A stretch of DNA of 63,841 bases, filler included, from Chiloscyllium plagiosum (GCF_004010195.1; 3 parts of one record of this genome joined end to end with filler, not necessarily neighbours in it); one strand, 5' to 3'. Counted from the first letter of the whole stretch, positions 37,501 through 50,681 are shown. The notes: generated by a model not told the origin, from the sequence alone. A program made the numbers and translations.

Positions 37501-38082
37501 TGCATCGGGTCTTTGCTCCAGACCGCACCAGGACATGGCTCCAGTCTGCACCAGGACATGGCTCCAGTCTGCACCGGGACTTGGCTCCAGTCAAAACTGG
37601 GTCTTGGCTCCAGTCCGCACCGGGACTTGGCTCCCGTCTATATCGGGTCTTTGCTCCAGACCGCACCAGGACATGGCTATTGTCTGCAACAAGACTTGAC
37701 TCCAGTCTGCACAGGGACGTAGCTCCAGTCTGCACCGGGACTTGGCTCCAGTATGCATCAGGACATGGCTCCAGTCTGCACCGGGACTTGGCTCCAGTCC
37801 GCACCGGGACTTGACTCAAGTCTGCACCGAGACTTGGCTCCAGTTAACACCGGGACTTGGCTCCAGTCTGCACCGGGACTTGGTTCCAGTCCGCACCGGT
37901 ACTTGGCTCCAGTCAAAACTGGGTCTTGGCTCCTGTCTGCACCGGGACTTGGTTGCACTCCGCACTGGGACTTGGTTCCTGTCTGCACCGGGACTTGGCT
38001 CCAGTCCGCACTGGGACTTGGTCCCTGTCTGCACCGGGACTTGGCTCCAGTCCGCACCGGGACTTGACTCCAAACTGCACCA
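31520..38082. repeat. 23-bp tandem satellite, consensus GGGACTTGGCTCCAGTCTGCACC, about 280 units (51-N gap at 35242-35292)
   Basis: Direct reading; variant units end in CAACACC, CCGCACC or CTGAACC. Confidence 0.97.
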
Positions 38083-38084
38083 GG

Positions 38085-38485
38085 CTTCACCTCAAAACCC
38101 CTAAGCTGAGAGACCACTCTGGAATCACCTCGAGATCGGAAGACCATGCAGAGGCCGCTGCAGGCCCAGAGATTGCCACATGCCACCACTTAACGCCATG
38201 CCGGGCTGAGGGGATGCCATGGAGGGCTGCCACACTCCACCAGGGCACTGCAATGCAAAGTGACCAAGCAGAGAGGCTGCCATAGGAGGTCTTTGCACCA
38301 GGCTGAGAGGACCCCTCACCATGTCAGCACTGAGGCTCGAACTTGTCAGATGCCAGGAATCATGGGAAGCCAGGAGGGAAGAAGCATGGAACACAAATAG
38401 GAAAGAAATAGACAAGAAAAAGAAAGAGGCCGGGTGGTGAGGATGAGCTCGCACTGAAGCGTCCTAGTCGGCCACCATCTTGGAC
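38085..38485 (-). mobile_element. Unclassified GC-rich interspersed element starting with CAAGATGG (YY1-like); similar architecture at 49300-50480 (+) and 57390-57967 (-)
   Basis: Reverse strand begins ccaagatggtggccg, followed by a short GC leader, a T-rich tract and a GC-rich body. Confidence 0.4.
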
Positions 38486-38706
38486 CAGGGAATCAGAGAT
38501 ATACCATGGCAATACATACAGGCTGGCACATGTTGGATGTCAATGTCTGGGGATGTGGTGTGCATGTGACTGGAGCCCTTAACGCACGCCCTGAGCTGTT
38601 GATGCACACTTGTAACCCAGCGGCAAGTCCAAATATCCAAGACGTGGCTCTGGTTTCTGTGTTGAGTTTTCCAATTGGCTAGTTTGCTTGGTGGGTTTGA
38701 TAAGAT

Positions 38707-39041
38707 TTTGGCTGAAATATGAATATGCCATGATGTGCTTTTAGCAAAACACTTAAGCAACAATAAGAGTCAATTGGGAACTCCTAAATTGGAAGGGACT
38801 AATATATTGGCAGGGAGATTTGCCAGAGCTGCTCGGGAGGATTTAAGCTAGTATGGTCGGCGGGAGGGGCGGGTTTGGCTGAAATATGAATATGCCATGA
38901 TGTGCTTTTAGCAAAACACTTAAGCAACAATAAGAGTCAATTGGGAACTCCTAAATTGGAAGGGGACTAATATATTGGCAGGGAGATTTGCCAGAGCTGC
39001 TCGGGAGGATTTAAGCTTGTACGGTCAGGGGGAGGGGCGGG
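38707..39041. repeat. Tandem duplication, period about 167 bp
   Basis: tttggctgaaatatgaatatgccatg...ggaggggcggg starts at 38707 and again at 38874. Confidence 0.92.
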
Positions 39042-40435
39042 GTGGGACCCAGGGAGATAGTGAGGAAAGAGATTAACCTGAGATTGGTACAGTAGAGAAC
39101 AGAAGTGAGTCAAATAGTCAGGGCAGGCAGGGACAAGGTAGGACTAATAAATTAAACTGCATTTATTTCAATGCAAGGGGCCGAACAGGGAAGGCAGATG
39201 AACTCAGGGCATGGTTAGGAACATGGGACTGGGATATCATAGCAATTACAGAAACATGGCTCAGGAATGGGCAGGACTGGCAGCTTAATGTTCCAGGATA
39301 CAAATGCTACAGGAAGGATAGAAAGGGAGGCAGGAGAGGAGGGGGAGGGGCATTTTTGATAAGGGATAGCATTACAGCCCTGCTGAGGGAGGATATTCCT
39401 GGAAATAAATCCCGGGAAGTTATTTGGGTGGAACTGAGAAATAAGAAAGGAATGATCATCTTATTGGGATTGTATTATACACCCCCTGATAGTCAGAGGG
39501 AAATTGAGAAACAAACTTGTAAGGAGATCTCAGCTATCTGTAAGAATAATAGGGTAGTTATGGTAGGGGATTTTAACTTTCCAAACATCGACTGGGACNN
39601 NNNNNNNNNNNNNNNNNNNNNNNNNNNNNNNNNNNNNNNNNNNNNNNNNNNNNNNNNNNNNNNNNNNNNNNNNNNNNNNNNNNNNNNNNNNNNNNNNNNN
39701 NNNNNNNNNNNNNNNNNNNNNNNNNNNNNNNNNNNNNNNNNNNNNNNNNNNNNNNNNNNNNNNNNNNNNNNNNNNNNNNNNNNNNNNNNNNNNNNNNNNN
39801 NNNNNNNNNNNNNNNNNNNNNNNNNNNNNNNNNNNNNNNNNNNNNNNNNNNNNNNNNNNNNNNNNNNNNNNNNNNNNNNNNNNNNNNNNNNNNNNNNNNN
39901 NNNNNNNNNNNNNNNNNNNNNNNNNNNNNNNNNNNNNNNNNNNNNNNNNNNNNNNNNNNNNNNNNNNNNNNNNNNNNNNNNNNNNNNNNNNNNNNNNNNN
40001 NNNNNNNNNNNNNNNNNNNNNNNNNNNNNNNNNNNNNNNNNNNNNNNNNNNNNNNNNNNNNNNNNGACCTTATAGAGGTTTATAAAATCATGGATAGGAT
40101 AAATAGACAAAGTCTTTTCCCTGGGGAGGGGGAGTCCAGAACTATAGGGCATAGGTTTAGGGTGAGAGGGGAAAGATATAAAAGAGACCTAAGAGGCATC
40201 TTTTTCACTCAGAGGGTAGTACGGGTATGGAATGAGTTGCCAGAGGAAGTGGTGGAGGCGAGTACTATTGCAACATTTAAGAGGCATTTGGATGGGTAGA
40301 TGAATAGGAAGGGTTTGGAGGGTTATGGGCCGGGTGCTGGCAGGTGGGACTAGATTGGGTTGGGATATCTGGTTGGCATGGACGGGTTGGACCGAAGGGT
40401 CTGTTTCTGTGCTGTACATCTCTATGACTCTATGC
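38960..40435 (+). mobile_element. HER1/CR1 LINE: end of ORF1, APE endonuclease, gap (39599-40065), 3' end
   Basis: LNCIYFNARG..GKADELRAW..TWDWDIIAITETWL...WVELRNKKG...VMVGDFNFPNIDWD; tail gtacatctctatgactct. Confidence 0.9.
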
Positions 40436-42371
40436 CTCATCACTGCATAACAAGAATCTCACTTTACAGCTTGAGAAAAGCATAAATGCTGCAGCAGGAC
40501 AGCCTTAACCTTCTGGTCATCTTTGCTGAACATCTCCTCAGACTCTGCCACACATCTCACTACAGTCTATAGCACACAAACCTCCATAAGATTACACCAC
40601 GATTCTTTGAGTAGAAACAATCATGGACTCAACACTAAAACACATTAGTTAATGGAGTACAGGACGTTTACCACTCAACATTTTCCCTCACACTGACATT
40701 TACCCACTGCCCTCCACTGTTCAGTCCATTTTTCATTATTGACCAATCGTTTTCGCCCTAAATCTCTGAACTAAATGAAGAACCATCCATGTGGAATTTT
40801 ATCAAAACCCTTTTCGAAATGTAAATACACAATATTAAAGTTAACTTGGACTGTCAGATCCTTAAGAGCATCAGAAGAGCATCTAAAGCCATATTGATTT
40901 CTGTTAGTTGGCAGCTTTTCTCAAAAAGATCATTCAAATGTTTACTCCGACCATTACTTTCACAATTTAATGTGAAATTGAAGTATATTAACTTGAATTT
41001 GCACACTGTACTACAGTAACAACGCTTCAGGGCACTTCACAGGAGCATTATCAGACAAGTTTGACAATGAGAACGAGACATTAGGAGCGATGACTAGAAG
41101 TTTGGTTAAAGTGGAGTATTCTGAAGCAGGAACAAATGATAATGAGGCAGAGAGGTTTAGAAAGGGAATTCCAAAGTTTAGGGCATCAATAATTGAAAGC
41201 ATGGCCATCATTTGTGTTCTGATCAATGAAAGGGGATTCATAAGTGCCCACAAATGGAGGAATAGAAATAGCTGGACTCATATGCAAACCATTTTTCTCA
41301 ACAAAGACCTGAGAAACAAGGAAGCAGTCGAGTGAGCTGACATGTTGAGATGTTGGTTAACTTGAAGTTTGCAAACTATTTCTCATTCAGATTAGTCAGT
41401 AGAGTGCAGGGCATTTACTTGAAAAATAAAGAGATGCAAAACCAGTATTACCATTGCTAGAGCTCAGCCTTTGGTATATTATTTTCATTTTGTTCTGTTA
41501 GTGACACTTATTGTCCTGTTTGTTTAGGAAATCTGTGTCTGGTTATTGGCGAAGATGTCTCAAGATTCAGTGTGTCTCCAACAGACAGAAACAGTTAAAA
41601 AGCTAAGACCATATGGCGTTATGTATCAGACATTAGGTACATATACATCTACCGTTTTGACATGGATTTCCTTGGGATCAGACCAACTAGCCCAGATAAA
41701 GCCAGCTGCATGGAAGGTGCGATGACCCAGAGATAGAGGATCCATTGGATAACATCTCTACAGATGGAGGTTCAACAGTGGGATCTCTCAGAGGTTGAGG
41801 CAATCAATTCATCCATACCAGTCCCTAAGGCCAAGGTGCTATGGAGTGGAGTCCAGTAATACAGAACTTCTGAGTTGCTGAGAAAAGATAGGTATTGTCA
41901 AAGCGCTCATCAGGACATTTCACATGAATTCCAATTCAAGGTGAAAATCAACATTTATACTTCATGAGGGGACAGCGCTTATTGGTTGGCAGTTGGCCTC
42001 CAGCTGAAAGAGGCATTGCCATGGAGAATGTAGCTATTAATGTTGTTTGACAGTTAACTGCCAGACTTTGTTCAATTTTAAACCAGGTGAGTTGATGCTG
42101 ACTCGGCAGGACATAGCCCTGAGAAATGAGCCAATCAGTAGCTGGCACCTACTTTGTTGAGTAAAAACAGTGCATTATGCATACATATCCTTTCTGTCTG
42201 TATTAATGTAGCTTTCCAAAATGTGCAAGTGCACCACATGAGGACCACAACTGATAATCCTAAATTAAGTGTCAGCATAATTCCACACCCAAATGTAGAA
42301 TCATACCTAACATATCTAACGTCAGAAACTGTGTTGTGATTTTTGGCTGGACAGTTGGTGTGTGTTGGACA

Positions 42372-42496
42372 GAAGTGAGGACTGCAGATGCTGGAGATCA
42401 GAGTCAAGATTAGAGTAGTGCTGGAGAAGCACAGCAGGTAAGGCAGCATCCGAGGAGCAGGAAAAATCAACGTTTTGGGCAAAAGCCCTTCATCAG
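42372..42496 (-). mobile_element. PLE terminal repeat (hammerhead with G12->A) nested in a tRNA-derived SINE
   Basis: Reverse CUGAUGA-A-GGGC-UUUU-GCCC-AAAA-CGUU. Confidence 0.75.
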
Positions 42497-42734
42497 TTAT
42501 TGTGCGTTGTCAACAGATTGGGTTTAATCCCTGTATCAGCTGAAATTATCATGAAGGACTCTCCTTCCCAACCTCTTCCCCCTTGCCTGGGGTGTGGTGA
42601 CCCATAGGTTAAATAACCACCCAATCTCGATCTCTCTCTCTCTCTCTCTCTATCTAATGAGAGAGCAGCCCTATGTCTGGTAAGATTATGGCAACTTGAC
42701 AATTGAGAACCAAGCTCAACACAAAGCATTCAGA

Positions 42735-43270
42735 ACAGAGGTGACAGAGGAAATACCAGAGACAAAGAGGAATTATGAAAAGGAAGATTAACAGCTAACA
42801 TGAAGGGAAATCCCAAAGTCTTTTATAAGCACATCAAGTGTAATTAGATGGTAAAAGAAGGATTAAGGACAGAAAAGGAGGTTTACATATGAAGGCATGG
42901 TTGAGATTTTAAATGAACACTTTGCATCTGTGGTAGAGTAAATACGTTTGGAAAAGCTATCAGCACTTAATATTTCTAAAGCTCCAGGCCTTTGTGATGC
43001 ACTCATGGATATTAAAGGATGTGAGAGTGGAAATTGCAGACGCACTGGCAATGATCTTTCAATTTTCCCCAGATTTGAAGGTGGCATTGGAGGACGACAA
43101 AAGCACAAACATTATGCCCTTCTTCAAATAAGGTTGAAACGATAAGCCCAGCAATTACAGAGCAGTAAGTTTAACATCAGTGGTGGTAGCAAATAGAAAG
43201 AACTATTTGGAATAGAGCTAATAGCCACATGGAAAAATATGGCTTGATTCGGAAGAGTCAGCATGGATTT
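42735..43270 (+). mobile_element. Degenerate CR1 RT fragment, followed by HE1 3' half (43272-43408, -)
   Basis: gcaattacagagcagtaagtttaacatcagtggtg (NYR.VSLTSVV) and agtcagcatggattt (SQHGF). Confidence 0.75.
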
Positions 43271-43804
43271 TAGATTACATTACATTACAGTGTGGAAACA
43301 GGCCCTTCGGCCCAACAAGTCCACACCGACCCGCCGATGCGTTACCCACCCATACCCCTACATTTACCCCTTACCTAACACTATGGGCAGCTTAGCATGG
43401 CCAATTCAGGAACAGTAGTAATCTGGTGAATGATATGGAATGAAGAGAAGTGGTTTTCAGATTGGAGTGACGTTTATATGAAGGCTGGGGGACCCTTTGC
43501 TTTTCTTGATATGTATCAATTAATTAGTTAGGAGAGTCAGTGATATTATGGTAATGTGACTGGATGAGTAATCCAGAATCCCAGACTAATGTCCTAAGGA
43601 TATGTTCAAATCATGTCATGGCAGATGGTGCAATTTGAATTTAATAAATAGCTGGAATAAAAAGCTAGTCCTACGGTGATTATGTAAACACTGTCAATTG
43701 TCATTAAAAAACATCTTGTTCACCAATACTTCCAGAAACAGACAAAAACAATCCTTACATTTTGGTGTGAGGGGACAATTTCCAAGTTGTAGATAATACA
43801 AGTC

Positions 43805-45660
43805 ACGGGTAGACAGTGTAATGAAGAAGGCGTCTGGTGTACTTGCCTTTATTGGTCAGTGCATTGAGTTTTGGAGCTAGAGAGATTTCATGTTGTCGTT
43901 GTACAGGACATTGGTTAGGCAACTTTTGGAATACTGCTTTCAGTTCTGATCTCCCTGCTATTGGAAAGATGTTGTTAAACTTGAAAGGGTTCAGAAAAGA
44001 TTTACAAGGATGTTGCTGGAGTTGGAGGGTTTGAGCTATAGAGAGAGGCTGAATAGGCTGGGGATATTTTCCCAGGAGCATCGGATGCTGAGGGGTGACA
44101 TTACAGAGATTTCTAAAATCATAAGGGACATGGATAGGGTGAACAGCCAAGGTGTTTTTACAAGGGTGGGGTGTCCAAAACTAGAGGGGAAAGATTTAAA
44201 AGGGACCTAAGGGGCAACATTTTCACATAGAGGGTGGTGCATGTATCGAATGAGCTGTGAGAGGACGTAGCGGAGGCTGGTACAATTACAAACATTTAGA
44301 TGGCATCTGGATGGGTATATGAATCGGAAGGGTTTAAAGTGATATGGGCCAAGTGCTGGCAAATGAGACCACATTAAGTTAGGATATCTGGTCGGCATGG
44401 ACAAGTTGAACCAAAGTGTTTTCTTCCATCCTGTAGAGCTCCATGACTCTGTATGTCTCAACCTTTACTGAAGGTGGAGATTCTGCAGTCATCATGATAT
44501 CCAAATTTTGATGGTTCCCAATCCTTTAAGTAGTTTCTCCTCGTCTCAGCCTGAAATGATAGACCTCTTTTTCTGTGGCTGTGCTTCCATGTGTTAGAAT
44601 CACAGATCAGCAGAATTAATCTCTGGGTGTCCATATAAACATATGAACAAATGAATCTGGAGCTGCAGTAGGCCATTCAGCGGCTCATAGCTGATTTGAT
44701 TGTAACCTCAAATTCCTGTCTACTCCGATCACCTTCCAACTATTTGGTAAACAAGAATCTATCCCATGTTATGGCTGTACAAGGCCACTGGTAAGGCCAC
44801 GTTAGGAGTACTGTGTACAATTCTGTTGCCCTGCTATAAGAAGGATGTTATTAAAGTGGAAAGGGTGTAAAAAAGATTGAGCAGAATGTTACCGAGACTG
44901 GAAGGTTCGAATTATAAGAAGAGGCTGGATTGGTTGGGAACTTTTTCCCTGGTCTGCAGGAAGCTGAAAGGTGACTGTGTAGAGGTTTATAAAATCATGA
45001 GGAACATAGATATAGTGAATAGTCAAGGTCTTTTCCCCAGGGTATGAGAGCCCAAATTTAGAGGGCATAGGTTTAAGGTGAGAGGGGAAAGATTTAAAAG
45101 GGACCTAAGGGGTGCACACAGAGGGTGATGCATGCCAGAAGAAGTGGTCAGAGCGGGTACAATTACAATATTTGCAAGACATTTGGACAGGTACATGAAT
45201 AGGAAAGGTTTCGAGGGATCTGGGTCAGGTTCTGGCAAATGAGTCTCGTTCAATTTATGAACCCTGGTCGGCATGGGAGAGTTGGGCCGAGGGTCTCTCT
45301 CCGTGCTCTATGGCTCTATAACTCTGTACTTTCCTTTAAAATACTCAGATACTTCTTTCTATTTCCTCTCAGTAAGAGAATTCCCAAGGGTTCTGATTCA
45401 CTGAGAGAGGAGGAAAAGAATCATCATTGCTGTCTTAAATGAGTGACCCCTGATTTTTAAACAGTTGGTTCTTGATTCTCACAGAAGAGGAAGCATCCAC
45501 GCCTTGCCCTGTCAAGATGTCACTGGATTTGATGGTTTTTACTCATCTGAACTCCAATGGATACAAGAAGGGCCTACCCAGCCTTTCCTCATTCCAGGTG
45601 TCAGACACGTAAACTTTCTCTCAACTGCTTCCAATGCATTTACATCCTTCCTTAATAAGG
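43805..45660. mobile_element. HER1/CR1 3' fragments: 43805-44455 (+), 44765-45330 (+), 45330-45660 (-)
   Basis: KLERVQKRFTRML..LEGLSYRERLNRLG coding and characteristic tails. Confidence 0.82.
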
Positions 45661-48069
45661 GGATACTTTCTGTGTGCTGTCTACCCTGCTTTATGATGCC
45701 CTTTCGAATCTTGTACTTTTCAATGCATTTGCCCGTCACCCGGTTGGCAGCTGAGCTGCCCCAGTTAAATCGGTGGGCAGGTTATTGCTGTCTGAGTGCC
45801 TCTTGATCACACTGACGCTGACACCTTCCCTCAACTTATTGGCAATAAAGAGGAGGCTGATGGGTGGTTAATTGGCCAGCTTGAATTGTTTGAATAGGTG
45901 AGACGCTGGGGGATCTCAGCTCCATAATAGTATTAAACCGATAATAATCCTAGAAAGTCAAGCTGCAGTGTACTCGATTGATTGTACATATTGTTCATTC
46001 AACATTCAGCTAATTTTTGCTGTTGGCTGCTTTTTCCATTTCTCCTTCTTGGCTATAGATCATCAAAGCTCATTATTCAATTCATTTGTGGTCTCATTTA
46101 CTCTTTAACTATGAAGTGTTAAGGATATTTAGTTGTGCTGTTAAGCTGACTCTTACTTCTCGCAGTGTCATCACACTGACTGTAGTCTCTGTAATTAACT
46201 GTAATGGCTATTCAATTGGTGCAAAATAAAGCCATTCATCAAAATTCTGTGACAAGCGATGGGTTCTGGTAACGTTCATAACTCAGTGCAGTTTCTGCCG
46301 GTACAGATTCAGCTTTAGCACTCCAAGTAGCCTTTTTTTTTAATGAATGCATCTCAAACCTGCTATCAATCACAAGTAACAATGAGAGCTGGGCTTTTGG
46401 AGAAATGAGAAAATTAGTGCAGGAGTGATATGCGCCAGCACGTTGCCTCACTTAACCCAGTTGGCTGGAAAGTGTTGGAGAGCACTTAGAGAAAATAGCA
46501 TCACGCAGTCATTATTGTCAAGGGTTACATTGCATCTTTGGTAATTGGAATGAAAGATTCTGCTGCCCTCAAGTTGTGATGATCTGTGCCCACAGGACAC
46601 TGAAACACACGCAGGCGTCTCACTCGCAAGGCGTCTATCACAGGGATTTCAATTTTCATGGAGAAATGTTTGGAAGCTGAGGCAATGAGATGCAGGAAAA
46701 AGGAGTCGAGGGAAAAACAAATCGAGGGAGAGATAAGCAAAGGGAAGGGGAGACACAGAGGTTAAGGTGAGCAGAATCATTCTCAACCACTTCTGTCCAG
46801 ATGGGGGAGGAGGTTATCTAAAGTTGAGCAGTGGTGAGAGTCATGATGTGCATGCGCAAGACGGAGAATTATGCAGAAAGCATGTTTGGGGAGGGGGTGG
46901 CTCACATCTCAGTGTGAGGGATGCAAGTAGATGTAGATTAGGGGAGTGACATATTACCTAATGCAACCTTTCACTTCATTTGCTAGCTGTGGGTGGGGGG
47001 AGATCAATTCGCCTTTCCCTTTGTTTGCTCCATCAAGAAATGTGTATCTGTTGAAGACCTTGTAACATTTCTCTTAATACCTGCTTAATCCTGTCCATCA
47101 AACCTTTCAGCGTCCTTTCCCAATTACTTATATCATTATCCTTTGCTGCCACTCTAGTTTAAGAATGCACTCTGATGCACTAAACTTTGTATCAAATTCG
47201 ATCGTATTGTGCTCATTATTTTCCAAAGGCTCCTTTACAAGAAACTTGTTGAATAGCCATTTCTCATTCCATATTGGCAAAGTGCAAAATAGCCCAATCC
47301 CTAGGTGACACCTCAGCATACTGCTCCAAAAACTCATCTTGTACACACTCCAGGAATTCACCTTCCACAGTGTTCATACTAACTTATCCAAGTTGATAAG
47401 CAACTGGAAGTTGTCCAGAATCACCGTGTAACCCATGTTAGATGCACCCCTAATTTCCTGGTTTGTAGTGTGTCAACATTAGTATACAGTTTGGTGTTCT
47501 ATAAACACGTTACGCCAAACTCTCTTTGCCCTGCTCCACCCTAACTTACTCTATATCTTGATCCTTCCTTGGAAGATCCTCTCTTGATAATTTACTGCTG
47601 TTATCCCTTATTAGGAGTGTTACTCCACCTCCTGCCAACCAGGTTCATATTACAGGTGGGATGTTCTCTGTCTCAAAGTGGTCTTCTGTTTGGATACTGG
47701 TGAGTGTGATGGCTCCTCAGAGAGGTGCAGTCTGAGCCAGGTCAATGATAACAACAGGGTGGCTCAGATGTCCATGGGGGGGGGAGGGGGGGGGTGGAAG
47801 AAGAGTGGAACAGCAGACAGGGGACTCTTTAGTTCAGAGGTAGGACAGATGCTTCTGTAAATGTAAATCTTCCTGATGCTCACGTCAAGCGTGGCTTCAA
47901 GACAGCTTTCTGTGGGTTTGTGGGCAGACAGGGATCATGGTTCATGTCCATAGCAAGTATCACCTCTCTGCTAATACTCATTTCGTTCAGCTCTTCAATT
48001 ACACAAGTTCCTTGGTCATTCGTATTTCTGGGAGATTTTCTGTATGTGAAAATAGATACAAAAAAGACA

Positions 48070-49100
48070 GAGACTAGCCATTTCCCCTTGCCATTCCATA
48101 ACATTACCATCATTAAATACCCCAATGGCAATATCCTAGTGATTACCACTGGCCAGAAACTGAACTGGGCTAGCCGCATAAATACAGTGAGTACAAGAGC
48201 AGGTCAGAGGCTAGGAATCCTGCAGCGAATAACTTACCTGCTGACTCCCCAGAGCTTCACCACCATTGACAAGGCACAAGAGTGTGATGGATACTCCCCA
48301 CTGGCCTGGATGGGTCCAGCTCTAGCAACACTCAGGAAATACAATACCACCCAAGACAATGAGCCGACCTGATTGACAGCCTGTCCATCAACTTCAGTAT
48401 TCCATCTCTTCACCCCTGATGCGCAGTGGGCAGCAGGATGTGCCATCCACAAGATGGATTGCAACAACTGATCCAACAGCACATTCCAAACCAGTTACCT
48501 CTTCCACCTGGGAGCACAAAGGCTGCAGAGGCATGGAAATATCACCAACTGAAAGTTTCCCATCAAGCCTGACACCATCCTGACCTGGGAATATGTCACC
48601 ATTCCTCCACTGTTACTAGGGCAGTGCCCTGGAAGTCTCTTCCCCACAGCACTGCAGTGGTGGCTCAGTGGTTAGCACTGCAGCCTCACAGGGACCTGGG
48701 TTTGATTCCAACCTTGAGCTACTGTCTGTATGGAGTTTACACACCCCTGCATCTGTTTAGGTTTCCTCTGGGTGCTCTAGTTTCCTTCCACAGTCCAAAG
48801 ATGTGCAGGTTAGGTGGATTGGCTGTGCTAAATTGCCCATAGTATTCAGGGATGTGTAGACTAGGTGGATCAGCCATGGGAAATAGATTGGGTCAGGGTG
48901 GACTGCTCTTCGCAGAGTTGATGGGCTGAATGGCTTGCTTCTACACTGTAAGGATTCTATGATTCAACTCCTTTTTAAAAGAGATGTTCCTACACCCCAA
49001 AGACTGTAGAGGTTCGAGAAGGTACTCACCACAAGGACGAACAGAAACAGAAACTGGATACTTGCCTACCCAGTGATGCCACATCCAATAAACAAGGAAA
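48070..49100 (+). mobile_element. LINE 3' fragment with nested HE1 SINE (48655-48964)
   Basis: QKLNWASRINTVSTRAGQRLGILQR...YSPLAWMG; the SINE has head and tail motifs. Confidence 0.75.
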
Positions 49101-49762
49101 CAACAGCAATCGAAGGTGAATGATCATTCAAGATACATGAAGTCAGGACGATACAGTATTATCACCCACCTCTCAGCTACCAGTGACCAGATTATTATAT
49201 TAGCAGCTAATTTAATGTGCTGAGCAAAGTTTCTATTCACAGTAATAAATGTAATTATTGGTCAGTGACTGAATTATGATAATTTGTTGGTGACCGATTT
49301 AAGATGGCAGCAGAGTAGCCCAGGGCTTATCTGCTCCCTTTCGTGTTTTTTTAGTCTCTTTTGGCTTTTTCTTTTCTTCTTCATTTTGCCTTCTTTAAAT
49401 CTTAGAGCGTGGCCTGGACGAAGGAGGTTGTCTCTGGTGGCAATGTCGGCAATGCCAGGACAAGGCGGGCACGGCTCCACCCCAGGCCGGGGTCTCCTGG
49501 CGAGCCTGTGGAAAATGGCCAGCACTGCGATAGGTGATGCTATCCTGCCCTCACTGACAGACTGGGATTCCGGAGCTTGAGTCCTTCCAGTGTGCACTTC
49601 CACCCAGCTCAGCACTGGGCGCATATGGGAGAGCAGGTGCCCCGAGTTGAGTTGGCAACAGGAATCCCTCTGTTGGCTTGTGAGCTGCCAGCTCAACCAA
49701 AAGGGGGGCTCTAGCAGGCAACCAGAAGCAGAAGTCTCTTTATTAGGCCTCCACACAGAAGG

Positions 49763-50240
49763 AGAAAGTGAGGACTGCAGATGCTGGAGACCAAAGTTGA
49801 AAAGTGTGGTGCTGGAAAAACACAGCAGGACCAGGCAGCATCCGAGGAGCAGGAGCATAAGCCCTTCTTCAGGAATCAGTCCATGCGGGGTCAGTCAGTT
49901 CCGTAGCCAGGTGCTGAGGAAGGAGATGTGGCTGTGGTAGCGAGTCTGTTTCAAGACGTGGCTGAAGAGCTTCAGGGCAGAGGAGATGACCTGGGTGGGG
50001 GGGGTGCAGTGAGAGAGGGACTCACTGAGATCCTTGTAGAGGGAGGAGGAGAGCTTCTTCAAGGTAGGCATCCTTGCAAGAGGATTCGCAGTAGGTTAAG
50101 ATCAACTAGGAGAATGTGAGGACTGCAGATGCTGGAGAGCAGAGTTGAAAAGTGTGGTGCTGGAAAAACACAGCAGGCCAGGCAGCATCCGAGGACCAGA
50201 AGAATCGACTTTTCGGGCATAAGCCCTTCTTCAGGAATAG
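49763..50240 (-). mobile_element. PLE partial tandem (terminal repeat - ORF start - terminal repeat) with target-site duplication
   Basis: ATG at 50071 (-): MPTLKKLSSSLYKDLSESLSHCTPPTQVISSALKLFSHVLKQTRYHSHISFLSTWLRN*. Flanks tccacacagaagg (49750-49762) and tccacacaaaagg (50241-50253). Hammerhead-like motif at 50207-50234. Confidence 0.85.
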
Positions 50241-50681
50241 TCCACACAAAAGGGCTGACACCTTGTGGCGTGCTCCCTGCGCTCCCTTGTGCCCTCAATG
50301 CAAGCCTGCCTTTTGGTGGCCATATGGCCGATTCGATGACGTGTTGGGAAGCATTGGGGTGGTTTTGCTTCTCTTGATTGGGATTTCTACTGCTTTCCCA
50401 CCAGGACATCATTGGAATCTGCACCCCCTCTCAGCCATTCCTCCTCACCACCCACTGTCGGGGGTTTGACGGGGAGTCAGGGGCTCACTATATACTTAAT
50501 GAACCCTGAGTTTAGACAATAGGCCAGGTATTGGGGGGGGGGGGTGGGGGTAACATGGTGGAAACACTGCCTCGGATTCTATATCCCTTCCTGAGAAAGG
50601 GCAAGGTTGGAAGAGAAGGCGTTGTGATGAGTGTTGATTTGCACGCAGGGAAGATGCAGTAGGAGGAAGAGAGAGAGCCAT

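Noticed and set aside
31520..38082. CRISPR-like array
   Set aside because: Units are contiguous with no unique spacers, there are no cas genes, and the context is vertebrate.
31468..38285. Dozens of long ORFs (up to 733 aa) with repeats such as GTWLQSAPGLGSSLHRDLAPVCT
   Set aside because: They are the translation of a stop-free 23-bp unit (69 nt = 23 aa) in all six frames; indels shift frames freely and there is no splice or start context.
39356..40152. Long ORFs crossing the N gap
   Set aside because: Their length is inflated by Ns; only the CR1 endonuclease portion is real.
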